64,000 nt of DNA, taken from assembly GCA_035762565.1 (NCBI GenBank), contig DASTOJ010000206.1, forward strand, positions 3,913 to 67,912, given 5' to 3'. Below, piece by piece: positions 47,367-55,681 of the stretch. This stretch comes from Candidatus Methylomirabilota bacterium. GTDB lineage: Bacteria > Methylomirabilota > Methylomirabilia > Rokubacteriales > CSP1-6. How positions within the stretch are numbered: position 1 is the stretch's first letter; each line of letters begins with the position of its first letter. Position numbers and translations under genes: made by a program. The notes below the pieces were generated by a model. The model did no database searches, was not told the origin of the DNA, and was given only the letters and a program-made list of their open reading frames with translations.

Positions 47367-48107
47367 GTGGCGGCGGAGGCGGGCTCTCGACGCCCGGCGT
47401 ACCGCCGCATAGTCCTCAAGCTCTCGGGGGAGGCGCTGGCCGGGAGCCAGGGCTACGGGCTCGACCCCTCGGTGCTGGTGCGGATCGGCGCCGAGGTGCG
47501 CGAGGTGATCGAGCTGGGCGTCCAGATGGCGATCGTCATCGGCGGCGGCAACATCTTCCGGGGCGTGGCGGCGAGCGCGGGCGGCATGGAGCGCGCCACC
47601 GCCGACTACATGGGCATGCTGGCGACGGTGATCAACGCCCTGGCGCTCCAGGACGCGCTGGAAAAGGCCGGCTGCCAGACGCGGGTGCTGTCGGCGATCG
47701 AGATGCGGGCGGTGGCCGAGCCGTACATCCGGCGCCGGGCCATCCGCCATCTCGAGAAGGGCCGGGTGGTCATCTTCGCGGCCGGCACCGGCAACCCCTT
47801 CTTCACGACCGACACCGCCGGCGCCCTGCGGGCCGTGGAGATCGGCGCCGACGCGATCTTGAAAGCGACCAAGGTCGACGGCATCTATTCCGCCGACCCC
47901 GCCCGTGACGCCAGCGCCGAGCGGCTGGACACGGTGACCTACATCGAGGTGCTCAACCGGCGCCTGGAGGTCATGGACACGACGGCGATCTCGCTCTGCA
48001 TGGACAACAAGCTGCCCATCGTCGTGTTCGATCTCACGCGCCCGGGCAACATCGCACGGATCGTCTGCGGCGAGCCGGTGGGCTCGATCGTGACCTCGTC
48101 GGCGTGA
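47367..48107 (+). CDS. pyrH: UMP kinase
   Basis: [43 protein letters not shown] start. Confidence 0.9.
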   Translation: MAAEAGSRRPAYRRIVLKLSGEALAGSQGYGLDPSVLVRIGAEVREVIELGVQMAIVIGGGNIFRGVAASAGGMERATADYMGMLATVINALALQDALEKAGCQTRVLSAIEMRAVAEPYIRRRAIRHLEKGRVVIFAAGTGNPFFTTDTAGALRAVEIGADAILKATKVDGIYSADPARDASAERLDTVTYIEVLNRRLEVMDTTAISLCMDNKLPIVVFDLTRPGNIARIVCGEPVGSIVTSSA

Positions 48108-48138
48108 GCCCGGGGTCGCCGTCAATCAGGAGGGCGTC

Positions 48139-48699
48139 ATGCAGACCGTGCTGAAGGACGTCGATACCCGGATGAACGCGGCCCTGGACGCGCTGAGCCG
48201 CGAGTTCGCGACGGTCCGGACGGGCCGCGCCTCCACGGCGCTGCTCGACGCGATCCGCGTCGACTACTACGGCACGCCGACGCCCATCAACCAGATGGCG
48301 TCGGTGTCGACGCCGGATGCCCGCACCCTGGTGGTCCAGCCATGGGAGGCCGGCCAGCTCGGGGCCATCGAGAAAGCCATCATGAAGTCGGATCTTGGTA
48401 TCCAGCCGGTCAACGACGGCAAGCTGATCCGGCTCACGATGCCGGCGCCGACCGAGGAGCGCCGCAAGCAGCTCGTCAAGACGGTGGCCAAGATGGCCGA
48501 GGACGCGCGGGTGGCCGTCCGCAACGTGCGCCGCGAGGCCAACGAGAAGCTCAAGACCGCGGCCAAGGACAAGAAGGCTCCCCTCTCCGAGGACGAGGAG
48601 CGCCGCGCTCATGACCAGGTGCAGAAGACGACCGACCGGTTCATCGCCAGGGTGGACGAGCTGTTGAAGAAGAAGGAGCAGGAGATCCTGTCATTCTGA
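48139..48699 (+). CDS. frr: Ribosome recycling factor
   Basis: Full-length Frr pattern (FATVRTGRAS..LLD.I.V.YYG..TP; IRLTMPAPTEERRKQLVK). Confidence 0.95.
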   Translation: MQTVLKDVDTRMNAALDALSREFATVRTGRASTALLDAIRVDYYGTPTPINQMASVSTPDARTLVVQPWEAGQLGAIEKAIMKSDLGIQPVNDGKLIRLTMPAPTEERRKQLVKTVAKMAEDARVAVRNVRREANEKLKTAAKDKKAPLSEDEERRAHDQVQKTTDRFIARVDELLKKKEQEILSF

Positions 48700-48758
48700 G
48701 GCGGGCCCCGGCGGCGGCGGCGCTGGACGGTCTCGGCGAGCCCGAGCTGCTCGCGCTG

Positions 48759-49466
48759 GTGCGCGAGCGGCCGGTGCCCGCCCACGTGGCGGTCATCATG
48801 GACGGCAACGGGCGGTGGGCGACCCGGCGGGGGCTGCCACGGGTGGCGGGCCACCGCGAGGGCGTGAAAGCCGCCCGCACGCTCGTACGGGCGGCCGACG
48901 CGGTGGGGCTCCGCTACCTCACGCTCTACGCGTTCTCGACGGAGAACTGGAGCCGGCCCGAGGACGAGGTCTCCACGCTGATGCGCCTGCTGGAGGAGTC
49001 GATCTACCGCGAGCTGCCGGAGCTGATGGAGCGCAACGTGCGCCTGCGGGTGATCGGGCGCGGCACCGGCGTGCCCGGGCCCGTGCGCCGCGGCATCGAC
49101 CACGTCGTGCACGCGACGCGGGCCAACACCGGGCTCACGCTGGTGATGGCCTTCAACTACGGCGGTCGCGACGAGCTGCTCGACGCCTTCCGGGCCCTGG
49201 CCCGGCGGGTGGGGGCGGGCGAGCTGAGCCCCGACGACATCTCGGAGGCGCACGTCAGCGGGGCGCTGTACACGGACGGAGTGCCGGATCCCGATCTCCT
49301 GATCCGGACGAGCGGAGAGATGCGGATCTCGAACTTCCTGCTGTGGCAGATCGCGTACTCCGAGCTCTGGATGACGCCCACCCTGTGGCCGGACTTCGAA
49401 CCGGCCGACCTCTACCGCGCCCTCGCGGAGTTCCAGCGGCGGAGCCGGCGGTTCGGTGGGGTGTGA
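48759..49466 (+). CDS. uppS: Isoprenyl transferase (undecaprenyl diphosphate synthase)
   Basis: HVAVIMDGNGRWA, LTLYAFSTENW, and RTSGEMRISNFLLWQIAYSE. The GTG start is uncertain. Confidence 0.9.
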   Translation: MRERPVPAHVAVIMDGNGRWATRRGLPRVAGHREGVKAARTLVRAADAVGLRYLTLYAFSTENWSRPEDEVSTLMRLLEESIYRELPELMERNVRLRVIGRGTGVPGPVRRGIDHVVHATRANTGLTLVMAFNYGGRDELLDAFRALARRVGAGELSPDDISEAHVSGALYTDGVPDPDLLIRTSGEMRISNFLLWQIAYSELWMTPTLWPDFEPADLYRALAEFQRRSRRFGGV

Positions 49467-49467
49467 G

Positions 49468-50328
49468 GTGGCGGTCGCCACGCCGGCCGGTGTCGTGCTC
49501 GGGCCGGCCCGGAGGGCCGCGGTGCTGAAGCGCCTGGCCAGCGTCCTCGTCCTGCTGCCGGTGTTCCTGCTGATCGTCGTCAAGGCGCCGGCCTTCCTGT
49601 TCAACACGCTCGTCGTCATCGCCAGCGCCGCCGCCCTCTGGGAGCTGCTGCGCCTGCTCGAGCAGGCCGGCCGCCCGGTGGATCGCGGGCTGGCGCTGGG
49701 GGCCGGCACCGCGGTCACCGCGGCGTTCGCCGCCTCGCCGCTGCTCGATCCGCTCGCCGTGCCCACGTTCACGCTGCTCGTGGCGGCCGTGGCCGTGCTG
49801 GCCGCACCCGTGTGGCGCGGCACGCCGGACCTCGAGCGTGCGGCCAACACACTGCTGGCGGTCATGTACGTGGGCTGGCTCCTGGGCTTCGGCATCCTGC
49901 TCCACCACACCTCGCCGCGCGGCGACGAGCTGGTCCTCTTCGTCGTCGGCGTGACCTGGGTGGGCGAGACGGCCGCCTACGTGGTGGGCTCCACGCTGGG
50001 GCGTCACGCCCTGGCGCCGGTCATCAGCCCGCGCAAGACGGTGGAGGGCGCGCTCGCCCAGGTCGCTGGTTCGATCGCGACGGGGGGACTCCTCGGGGCC
50101 TGGCTGTTACCGGACTGCGGGCTGGGGTTCGGGCTGGGCGCGGGCGGACTGCTGGGCGTGGTCGGACAGTTCGGCGACCTTGCCGAGTCGGCCATCAAGC
50201 GGAGCGCCGGCACCAAGGACACCGGCGGCCTCATCCCCGGCCACGGAGGCGTGCTGGATCGGATCGACAGTCTGCTCTTCAACCTGCCGGCGTTCTACTA
50301 CGTCTCCCTGGTGGCGGGCTGCCGATGA
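49468..50328 (+). CDS. cdsA: Phosphatidate cytidylyltransferase
   Basis: Polytopic, with the C-terminal signature SAIKRSAGTKDTGGLIPGHGGVLDRIDS. A GTG at 49456 is an alternative start. Confidence 0.9.
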   Translation: MAVATPAGVVLGPARRAAVLKRLASVLVLLPVFLLIVVKAPAFLFNTLVVIASAAALWELLRLLEQAGRPVDRGLALGAGTAVTAAFAASPLLDPLAVPTFTLLVAAVAVLAAPVWRGTPDLERAANTLLAVMYVGWLLGFGILLHHTSPRGDELVLFVVGVTWVGETAAYVVGSTLGRHALAPVISPRKTVEGALAQVAGSIATGGLLGAWLLPDCGLGFGLGAGGLLGVVGQFGDLAESAIKRSAGTKDTGGLIPGHGGVLDRIDSLLFNLPAFYYVSLVAGCR

Positions 50329-51500
50329 AGCGCGTGAGTATCCTCGGCGCCACCGGGTCCATCGGCCTGCGTACCCTGGAGCTGATCTCGAGCTTTCCCG
50401 ACGAGTTCTCGGTGGCGGGGCTGGCCGCCCGGGGCTCCAACCTCGACCTGATCGCCGAGCTGTGCCGCAAGCATGCGCCGCGGGCCGTGGCGCTGGTCGA
50501 CCGCGACGCCCGCGACCGGCTGGCCCGGCGGCTGCCGGCGCCGCGCCCGGAGCTGTTGGCCGGCACCGAGGGGCTGGTGGCGCTGGCCGGCGAGGTCGAG
50601 GCCGACGTCGTGGTGTCCGCGCTCGTCGGCGGTGCCGGCCTGCTGCCGACCATGGCCGCCATCGAGGCCGGCCGCACGCTGGCGCTCGCCAACAAGGAGA
50701 CCCTGGTGATGGCCGGCAGCCTCATGACGGCGGCGGCCCGGCGGCGTCACGTGCCGCTCCTGCCCGTCGACTCGGAGCACAGCGCCGTCTTCCAGTGCCT
50801 GGTCGGCCACAACCGGGGCGACGTCCAGCGCGTGCTCCTCACCGCCTCCGGCGGCCCGTTCCGCGAGTGGCCGCCCGAGAAGTTCGACGCCATCACGGTC
50901 GAGGACGCGCTCAAGCACCCGACCTGGAAGATGGGCGCCAAGATCACCATCGACTCGGCGACGCTGATGAACAAGGGGCTGGAGATCATCGAGGCCCGGT
51001 GGCTGTTCGACCTGGCGCCGCAGCAGGTGCAGGTGATCGTGCACCCGCAATCGATCGTCCACTCGATGGTGGAGTACGTCGACGGCGCCGTCATCGCCCA
51101 GCTCGGCGTGGCCGACATGGGGATCCCGATCCTCTACGCGCTCACGTACCCCGAGCGGCGGCCGATGCCGACCGCCCGGCTCGACCTGACGCGCACGGGG
51201 GCGCTCTCGTTCTTCCCGCCCGACCCCGACAAGTTCCCGTGCCTGCGCCTGGCCCGCGCCGCCCTCGAGCGCGGCGGCACGGCGCCGGTCGTGCTGAACG
51301 CCGCCAACGAGGTGACGGTCGCTGCCTTCCTGGACCGCCGCCTGCGATTCGTCGAGATCCCGGAGCTCATCGAGCGCGCGCTCGACGGCCTGCCGTCCGG
51401 CCCGCTTGCGTCCATCGAGCAGTGCGTGGCCGTCGACGCGGAGGCTCGCTACCGCGTCCAGGAATGGGTCAACGCCCGCGCCGGAGGTTCAGCGAAGTGA
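50325..51500 (+). CDS. dxr: 1-deoxy-D-xylulose 5-phosphate reductoisomerase
   Basis: ATGA overlap. ILGATGSIG, LANKETLV, PVDSEHSA, and HPTWKMGAKITIDSATLMNKGLE. Confidence 0.95.
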   Translation: MKRVSILGATGSIGLRTLELISSFPDEFSVAGLAARGSNLDLIAELCRKHAPRAVALVDRDARDRLARRLPAPRPELLAGTEGLVALAGEVEADVVVSALVGGAGLLPTMAAIEAGRTLALANKETLVMAGSLMTAAARRRHVPLLPVDSEHSAVFQCLVGHNRGDVQRVLLTASGGPFREWPPEKFDAITVEDALKHPTWKMGAKITIDSATLMNKGLEIIEARWLFDLAPQQVQVIVHPQSIVHSMVEYVDGAVIAQLGVADMGIPILYALTYPERRPMPTARLDLTRTGALSFFPPDPDKFPCLRLARAALERGGTAPVVLNAANEVTVAAFLDRRLRFVEIPELIERALDGLPSGPLASIEQCVAVDAEARYRVQEWVNARAGGSAK

Positions 51501-52858
51501 CCACGATCGTGTCGTTCATCGTCGTCATCGGCATCCTGATCCTGATCCACGAGCTGGGGCATTTCTTCGTCGCTCGCTGGACGGGGGTGGGCGTAGAGCG
51601 CTTCTCCATCGGCTTCGGCCCCGTCCTGCTGCGCTGGCGGGGCAAGGAGACGGAGTACGTGCTGTCCGCCATCCCGATGGGCGGGTACGTCAAGATGATG
51701 GGCGAGGAGAACCCGCTGGAGGGCGGTGGCGGGCCCGTCCACGACCCCGGCAAGGCGTTCGCGCTCAAGCCGCTGTGGGCGCGTTTCCTGATCGTCTTCG
51801 CGGGGCCGGGCATGAACTTCGTCCTGGCCGTCGCCATCTTCGCGGTCGTGCTGGCCACGCTCGGCCGGCCGGTGTGGCCGGCGGCGGTGGGCAAGGTGGC
51901 CGAGGGCAGCCCGGCGGCCGCCGGCCTGCGCACGGGCGACACGATCGTCGCGGTGAACGGGCAGCCGGTCCGGTACTGGGAGGACCTCGAGCGCGCCGTC
52001 GCGGCCTCCAACGGCCGTTCGCTGGAGCTGCGCCTGCGCCGCGACGGAGCCGAGCGCCCGGTCACGGTGACGCCGCGCTTGCGTACGGTGCCCGACCCGA
52101 TCTTCCGCGAGCCGCGCGAGACGTGGGACATCGGTGCCGGGCCGCAGCTGGCGCCGCAGATCAGCTCGGTGGGCCCCGGCTCGCCCGCCGAGCGCGCCGG
52201 GCTCAAGCCGGGCGACGTCGTGATCGCCGTGGCTGGCCAGCCGGTCTACACACCGGAGGACCTCGTGGAGGCGATCCGGACGCGGCCGGGCCGGGCGTTC
52301 CCGATCACCGTCGAGCGCGAGAGCCGGACAGTGACCCTCAGCGTGGTGCCCGACGCGGTCAAGGAGAAGGGGCCCGACGCCCAGGAGCGCGAGGTCGGGC
52401 GCATCCAGGCCGGCATCGCCACCAAGGCCGTGCGGTTCGAGCCGTACGGCCCGATCGAGGCGGTCGGCCACGGCGCCGCCAAGACCTGGGACATGACCGT
52501 GCTGACGGTGAAGGGGCTCTGGAAGCTGGTGTCCCGCCAGATCGACTCGTCGAACATCGGCGGGCCGATCCAGATCGCCACCGAGGCGGGCCGGCAGGCC
52601 AAGGACGGCATGGCGTCGCTGGCCCTCTTCACGGCGATCATCAGCGTGAACCTGGCGGTCCTCAACCTGCTGCCGGTGCCGATGCTGGACGGCGGGCATC
52701 TGCTCTTCTTCCTCATCGAGGCGATCCTCGGCCGGCCGCTGTCGCTGCGCAAGCGGGAGGTGGCTCAGCAGGTCGGTTTCGTGCTCCTGATGATGCTGAT
52801 GGTCTTCGCGCTCTACAATGACCTGGTGCGGATCGACGCGTTCAAATTCTTCCGATAG
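51497..52858 (+). CDS. rseP: RIP metalloprotease RseP (site-2 protease, M50)
   Basis: GTGA overlap. HELGHF zinc motif, PDZ segments, and the C-terminal NLLPVPMLDGGH. Confidence 0.9.
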   Translation: MTTIVSFIVVIGILILIHELGHFFVARWTGVGVERFSIGFGPVLLRWRGKETEYVLSAIPMGGYVKMMGEENPLEGGGGPVHDPGKAFALKPLWARFLIVFAGPGMNFVLAVAIFAVVLATLGRPVWPAAVGKVAEGSPAAAGLRTGDTIVAVNGQPVRYWEDLERAVAASNGRSLELRLRRDGAERPVTVTPRLRTVPDPIFREPRETWDIGAGPQLAPQISSVGPGSPAERAGLKPGDVVIAVAGQPVYTPEDLVEAIRTRPGRAFPITVERESRTVTLSVVPDAVKEKGPDAQEREVGRIQAGIATKAVRFEPYGPIEAVGHGAAKTWDMTVLTVKGLWKLVSRQIDSSNIGGPIQIATEAGRQAKDGMASLALFTAIISVNLAVLNLLPVPMLDGGHLLFFLIEAILGRPLSLRKREVAQQVGFVLLMMLMVFALYNDLVRIDAFKFFR

Positions 52859-52869
52859 GACGGGGGCGA

Positions 52870-55083
52870 ATGATCACTCGGCGCACGACGCGGCAGCTCA
52901 CGCTCGGCACCCTCGCGATCGGCGGGGACGCGCCGATCACCGTGCAGTCGATGACCAAGACCGACACCCGGGACGTCCAGGCCACCTTGCTCGAGATCTG
53001 GTCGCTGGAGGCGGCCGGCTGCGACGTCGTCCGCTGCGCGGTGCCGGTCCGGGAGGCCGCCGAGAAGCTGGGCGAGATCAAACGACAGATCCGCATCCCG
53101 CTCGTGGCCGACGTCCACTTCAACTACAAGCTGGCCCTGATCGCCCTCGAGCAGGGCGTGGACGGGCTGCGCCTCAATCCCGGCAACATCGGGGGCAAGC
53201 GGTTCGTGCTGGAGGTCGTGGCCCTGGCCAAGGAGCGCAAGATCCCGATCCGCATCGGGGTGAATGCGGGATCACTGGAGAAAGACCTTCTGGAGAAATA
53301 CGGCGGACCAACGGCTCAAGGCATGGTGGAGTCGGCGCTGCGCCACATCCACATCCTCGAAGAATGCGCGTATCCAGAGATGAAGGTGTCCCTCAAGGCC
53401 TCCGATCCGCTCATGATGATCGAGGCCTACCGGATGCTGGCCGATCGGGTCGACTACCCGTTCCACCTCGGCGTCACCGAGGCCGGCACGCCGGGCGTGG
53501 GCACGATCAAGTCAGCGGTCGGCCTCGGCGCCCTGCTGAGCGAGGGCATCGGTGACACGATCCGCGTCTCGCTGTCGGCCGATCCCACCGAGGAGGTGCG
53601 GGTCGGCATCGACATTCTCAAGTCGCTCGGCCTGCGCAAGGGCGGCCTCACGTTCGTGTCGTGCCCGTCCTGCGGCCGCGCCGACGTGGACCTCGTCAAG
53701 CTCGCCAAGGAAGTGGAGGACGAGTTCCGCGGCCTCAACGAGGAGATCCACATCGCCGTGATGGGATGCGTGCCGGAAGGCCAGCCGGTCGTGACACGCC
53801 AGGGTCCCAAGCGCATCGAGACCGTCGGTGCGGGCGACGAGGTGCTGACCCACGCCGGCGAGTTCCACCGGGTCGAATGGGCGAGCACCCACGCGTTCGC
53901 CGGGGACCTAGTCGAGATCCAGCCGACCGGGTTCGCGCCGGTGCGTCTCACCGAGAACCACCCGGTCTGGGCGTTCCCGCTGCCCGTCTCGCTGAAAGCC
54001 GGGCGCGAACGGAGGCCGCACCTCGCACGCGCGCTCGAAGCCGGCACCGAGCCGCGCTGGATCCCGGCCGGCGAGCTGCGCTCGGGCTGGGTGCTCGCGT
54101 ATCCGGTGCTCCAGGAAAAGGAGGACCGGGCGACAATCCACGCCGTCGGGTTCGGCGAGATCCCCGTCGACGACGACTTCCTCACACTGGCCGGCTACTA
54201 CCTCGCCGAGGGCACGATGTCGGGCAAGGGGGGCCGGCGATACCAGCAGTTCTTCCACTTCCACGAGGATCAGAGGCGGTACGTCGACCGGCTGCGGGGC
54301 GCACTGACCTCGCTCGGGCTCCGATCGACGGTCCGGGGCCGCCGCCATACGGCCGAGGTCATCACGCATTCGCTGGCGTTCGGTGAGCTCCTCGAAGCAC
54401 TCTTCGGACACGGCGCCGGGTGCAAGCGGATGCCCGAGTGGATGGAGCGACTGCCGCACGACAAGCAACGGGCGCTCGTGAAGGCCCTGTGGGAGGGTGA
54501 CGGGTACCTGGGGCGGGTCCGTGGCTACTGGCGCGCCACGTACTCGACGTCCTCTCACGCGCTCGCGCTGCAGGTGCACCGGCTGCTCCTGCGCCTGGGC
54601 GTCGCGGCCTTCCTGCACCACCGCGACCAGCGGGACCGGCGGCGGAACTGGGTGGTGTCGGTGACCTCGCAGCCGGCGCTCGCCCGGCTGGCCGGGATCC
54701 TCGAGCTCGGGGCGCTGCGAGGCTGTCGGACCACCGGCCAGGCGGGCCAGGTCGTGCTCGACGAGCATGCGCTCTACGTCGGCATCAGGGCCGTCCGGCG
54801 CGTGCCGTACACCGGCCACGTCCACAACCTCGAGGTCGCCGGCGTCCACTCGTTCGCCCTGCCGGGCGCGATGCTGCACAACTGCGAGGTGAACGGGCCG
54901 GGCGAGGCACGTGCCGCCGACATCGGGGTGGCGGGCGGGCGGGGGATCGGTCTCATCTTCAAGGGCGGCGAGGTCATCCGGAAGGTGCCGGAGAAGGAGA
55001 TCGTGACGGCGATGCGCGAGGAAGTGGACAAGTTCCTCGCCGAGCGGCGGGCCGCGAAGCAAGCGGCGGAAGCGGACGCCTGA
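52870..55083 (+). CDS. ispG: 4-hydroxy-3-methylbut-2-enyl diphosphate synthase (IspG/GcpE) precursor containing an intein
   Basis: Residues 1-299 (ITVQSMT, RLNPGNIG, RIGVNAGSL, GVTEAGT, SCPSCGR, IAVMG) and 672-737 (CEVNGPGEARAADIGVAGG) together make a normal 365-aa IspG. A 372-aa insert separates them. Confidence 0.9.
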   Translation: MITRRTTRQLTLGTLAIGGDAPITVQSMTKTDTRDVQATLLEIWSLEAAGCDVVRCAVPVREAAEKLGEIKRQIRIPLVADVHFNYKLALIALEQGVDGLRLNPGNIGGKRFVLEVVALAKERKIPIRIGVNAGSLEKDLLEKYGGPTAQGMVESALRHIHILEECAYPEMKVSLKASDPLMMIEAYRMLADRVDYPFHLGVTEAGTPGVGTIKSAVGLGALLSEGIGDTIRVSLSADPTEEVRVGIDILKSLGLRKGGLTFVSCPSCGRADVDLVKLAKEVEDEFRGLNEEIHIAVMGCVPEGQPVVTRQGPKRIETVGAGDEVLTHAGEFHRVEWASTHAFAGDLVEIQPTGFAPVRLTENHPVWAFPLPVSLKAGRERRPHLARALEAGTEPRWIPAGELRSGWVLAYPVLQEKEDRATIHAVGFGEIPVDDDFLTLAGYYLAEGTMSGKGGRRYQQFFHFHEDQRRYVDRLRGALTSLGLRSTVRGRRHTAEVITHSLAFGELLEALFGHGAGCKRMPEWMERLPHDKQRALVKALWEGDGYLGRVRGYWRATYSTSSHALALQVHRLLLRLGVAAFLHHRDQRDRRRNWVVSVTSQPALARLAGILELGALRGCRTTGQAGQVVLDEHALYVGIRAVRRVPYTGHVHNLEVAGVHSFALPGAMLHNCEVNGPGEARAADIGVAGGRGIGLIFKGGEVIRKVPEKEIVTAMREEVDKFLAERRAAKQAAEADA
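53767..54882 (+). mobile_element. Intein with LAGLIDADG homing-endonuclease domain, inserted at the third Fe-S ligand Cys of IspG
   Basis: Begins with Cys (CVPEGQP). Block B TxxH is present (LTENHPVW), along with two LAGLIDADG motifs (LAGYYLAEGT; LVKALWEGDGYL). It ends ...VHNLEVAGVHSFALPGAMLHN and is followed by a +1 Cys (TGC at 54883-54885). 1116 nt, in frame. Confidence 0.85.
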
Positions 55084-55415
55084 TGGGCCAGTACGACACG
55101 CACGTCTTCGTCTGCACCGGCGGCGACGACTGTCCCAAGGGCGGCGACGTCGAGCAGTTCGTGAGGTACCTGCGCGGCGAGGTGGTCCGGGCCGGGCGCC
55201 AGCAGGAGGTCCGGATCAACAAGGCCGGCTGCTTCTCGCAGTGCGGTCACGGACCGATGATCGTCGTCTATCCGGAGAACGTCTGGTACGCCGGCGTGCA
55301 GCAGGCCGACCTCCCGGAGATCGTGCAGTCCCACATCCTCGGCGGCCAGCCGGTCGCACGCCTGCTCTACGCGCCCGGCGTCAAGGGCGCCAACAAGAAG
55401 AAAGACGCCCACTAA
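55083..55415 (+). CDS. Thioredoxin-like [2Fe-2S] ferredoxin domain protein
   Basis: ATGA overlap with the ispG stop. Cys pattern VFVCTGGDDCP...AGCFSQCGHGPMIVVYP is typical of Trx-like (2Fe-2S) ferredoxins. Confidence 0.75.
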   Translation: MGQYDTHVFVCTGGDDCPKGGDVEQFVRYLRGEVVRAGRQQEVRINKAGCFSQCGHGPMIVVYPENVWYAGVQQADLPEIVQSHILGGQPVARLLYAPGVKGANKKKDAH

Positions 55416-55681
55416 TGACTCTCGTGGAATACGGTGACGCCGGGGGCCAGGTGGGGGGCCGCGGGCGCGCCATCATGGCGAGCCGTCGTCGCCGTTCGAG
55501 CGCAGGGCGCGGCGAGCGAGCCGCCAGCGATTCGATTGGCCTGCGGCCGAGCCCCCGGTGGGGGATGGGGGGCCGAGCGAGCCGTGCCCGGAGCGAGTTA
55601 CGGCGACAGGCGAGCCATGCGGGCGCGCCCGCGGCCCCCCACCTGGCCCCCGGCGTCACCGTATTCCACGAGAGTCATTAG
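55412..55681. mobile_element. 270-bp MITE-like element with perfect 60-bp terminal inverted repeats
   Basis: 55412-55471 is the exact reverse complement of 55622-55681, checked base by base. TA dinucleotides sit at 55413-55414 and 55679-55680. The 150-nt interior is rich in GCGAGC/GAGCGAG repeats. It fills the whole fdx-proS intergenic space. Confidence 0.6.

Noticed and set aside
52870-55083. Possibility that the extra 372 aa in IspG is the known A* insertion domain, or a gene fusion or misassembly
   Set aside because: The A* insertion lies between the TIM-barrel and Fe-S domains, not within the MGC-VNGPGE motif. This insert has canonical intein termini (Cys1, His-Asn, +1 Cys), block B TxxH and two LAGLIDADG motifs. 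Its removal restores the conserved motif in frame.
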